A program made the translations under genes and the position numbers. From positions 120,001-152,000 of the forward strand of contig NC_017459.1 of assembly GCF_000237865.1 (NCBI RefSeq): a DNA stretch of 32,000 nt, given 5' to 3'. The notes beneath the pieces are model-generated. The model was not told the DNA's origin. It did no database searches and saw only the letters and a program-made list of their open reading frames with translations. Below, in pieces: positions 31,531 to 32,000 of this stretch (position 1 is its first letter; each line of letters starts with the position of its first letter). Origin of the DNA: Haloquadratum walsbyi C23. Its GTDB lineage: Archaea > Halobacteriota > Halobacteria > Halobacteriales > Haloferacaceae.

Positions 31531-32000
31531 TTATTGCTCAGCGTGAACCCATGTTGCTAAATCATCTTTCCCGTCGGGAGGGATAATATCTGTTCCGTTA
31601 TGTTCACCATCGAGAACGGCTGATTCGATGTGTTGTGGGTCAGCTCCATCAAGAACAATTGTTCGCATCCCTGCTCGCTGAATGAGCTTTGCTGCAAGAA
31701 GGTCAACGGGTGCAGACGCACCAGCATCACGACTCATTGGTGCAACAACATCGACTAATTCGGTTGGCAGCAACTGCGTATACTTTTGAGCTTCATCCTG
31801 TGAACTTGGGTCAGCATCGTACACGCCATCAACACTTGTTGCATACACGAGTAAGTCTGCATCGACGTACTCAGCAAGCGCAGCAGCGACCGCATCAGTC
31901 GTCTGTCCTGGCATAATTCCACCCATTATGGATATATCACCGCGTCGCACAGCATCACCCGCGTCCTCATAATCCCGTGCAACTTTAGGGTCAACACGCG
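31531..32000 (-). CDS. pyrH: Uridylate (UMP) kinase, C-terminal part. The start lies beyond the right edge.
   Basis: The blocks IMGGIMPGQTTDAVAAALAE..., LLVYATSVDGVYDADP and RTIVLDG are typical of archaeal PyrH. The track start at 31950 is an internal GTG, and the frame stays open to the window edge. Confidence 0.85.
   Translation of the reverse strand, partial: RVDPKVARDYEDAGDAVRRGDISIMGGIMPGQTTDAVAAALAEYVDADLLVYATSVDGVYDADPSSQDEAQKYTQLLPTELVDVVAPMSRDAGASAPVDLLAAKLIQRAGMRTIVLDGADPQHIESAVLDGEHNGTDIIPPDGKDDLATWVHAEQ

Overview
This is a 32-kb segment from a low-GC halophilic archaeon. The proteins are acidic, and there is a class I LysRS and a Bat-type HTH_10 regulator. Ordinary genes sample at about 42-48% GC, and the long spacers fall to about 22-35% GC. 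This fits Haloquadratum walsbyi best, but that is an inference. The main result is that 1-10278 (minus strand) is one very large ORF that runs off the left edge, and the supplied ORF track does not list it. It has an ATG at 10278 and a Sec-type signal peptide. These are followed by a DUF642/CBM-like domain, Ig-like domains and a three-fold H-lectin-like repeat. At least three beta-helix modules then carry dozens of GLUG-type GGLxG repeats (halomucin-like). The many plus-strand track ORFs in this region are shadow ORFs of that gene. The body of the gene samples at about 52-63% GC (mostly 57-63%), well above its own N-terminal domain and all neighbouring genes, and it contains near-identical 561-651 bp tandem coding repeats. 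Directly upstream on the same strand is a two-gene poly-gamma-glutamate synthase-like operon. It encodes a fused double PgsC/CapC membrane protein and a PgsB/CapB ligase without a TM anchor. No PgsA/CapA is in the window. Divergent from the operon, across a 612-bp AT-rich spacer, is a 7-TM/PAS/HTH_10 membrane-tethered regulator. I propose these genes form one envelope/capsule locus. The right two thirds are mostly housekeeping genes: a disulfide oxidoreductase, nadE, an aldo-keto reductase, a chlorite-dismutase-ABM fusion (PitA-like), an M50 site-2 protease, class I lysS and pyrH. There is also a tRNA-Gly(CCC). The intergenic regions there hold decayed IS200/IS605 (IS1341-type) tnpB 3'-end/right-end modules, one of which is split by a MITE with Tn5/IS50-like termini. 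No CRISPR array or rRNA was seen.
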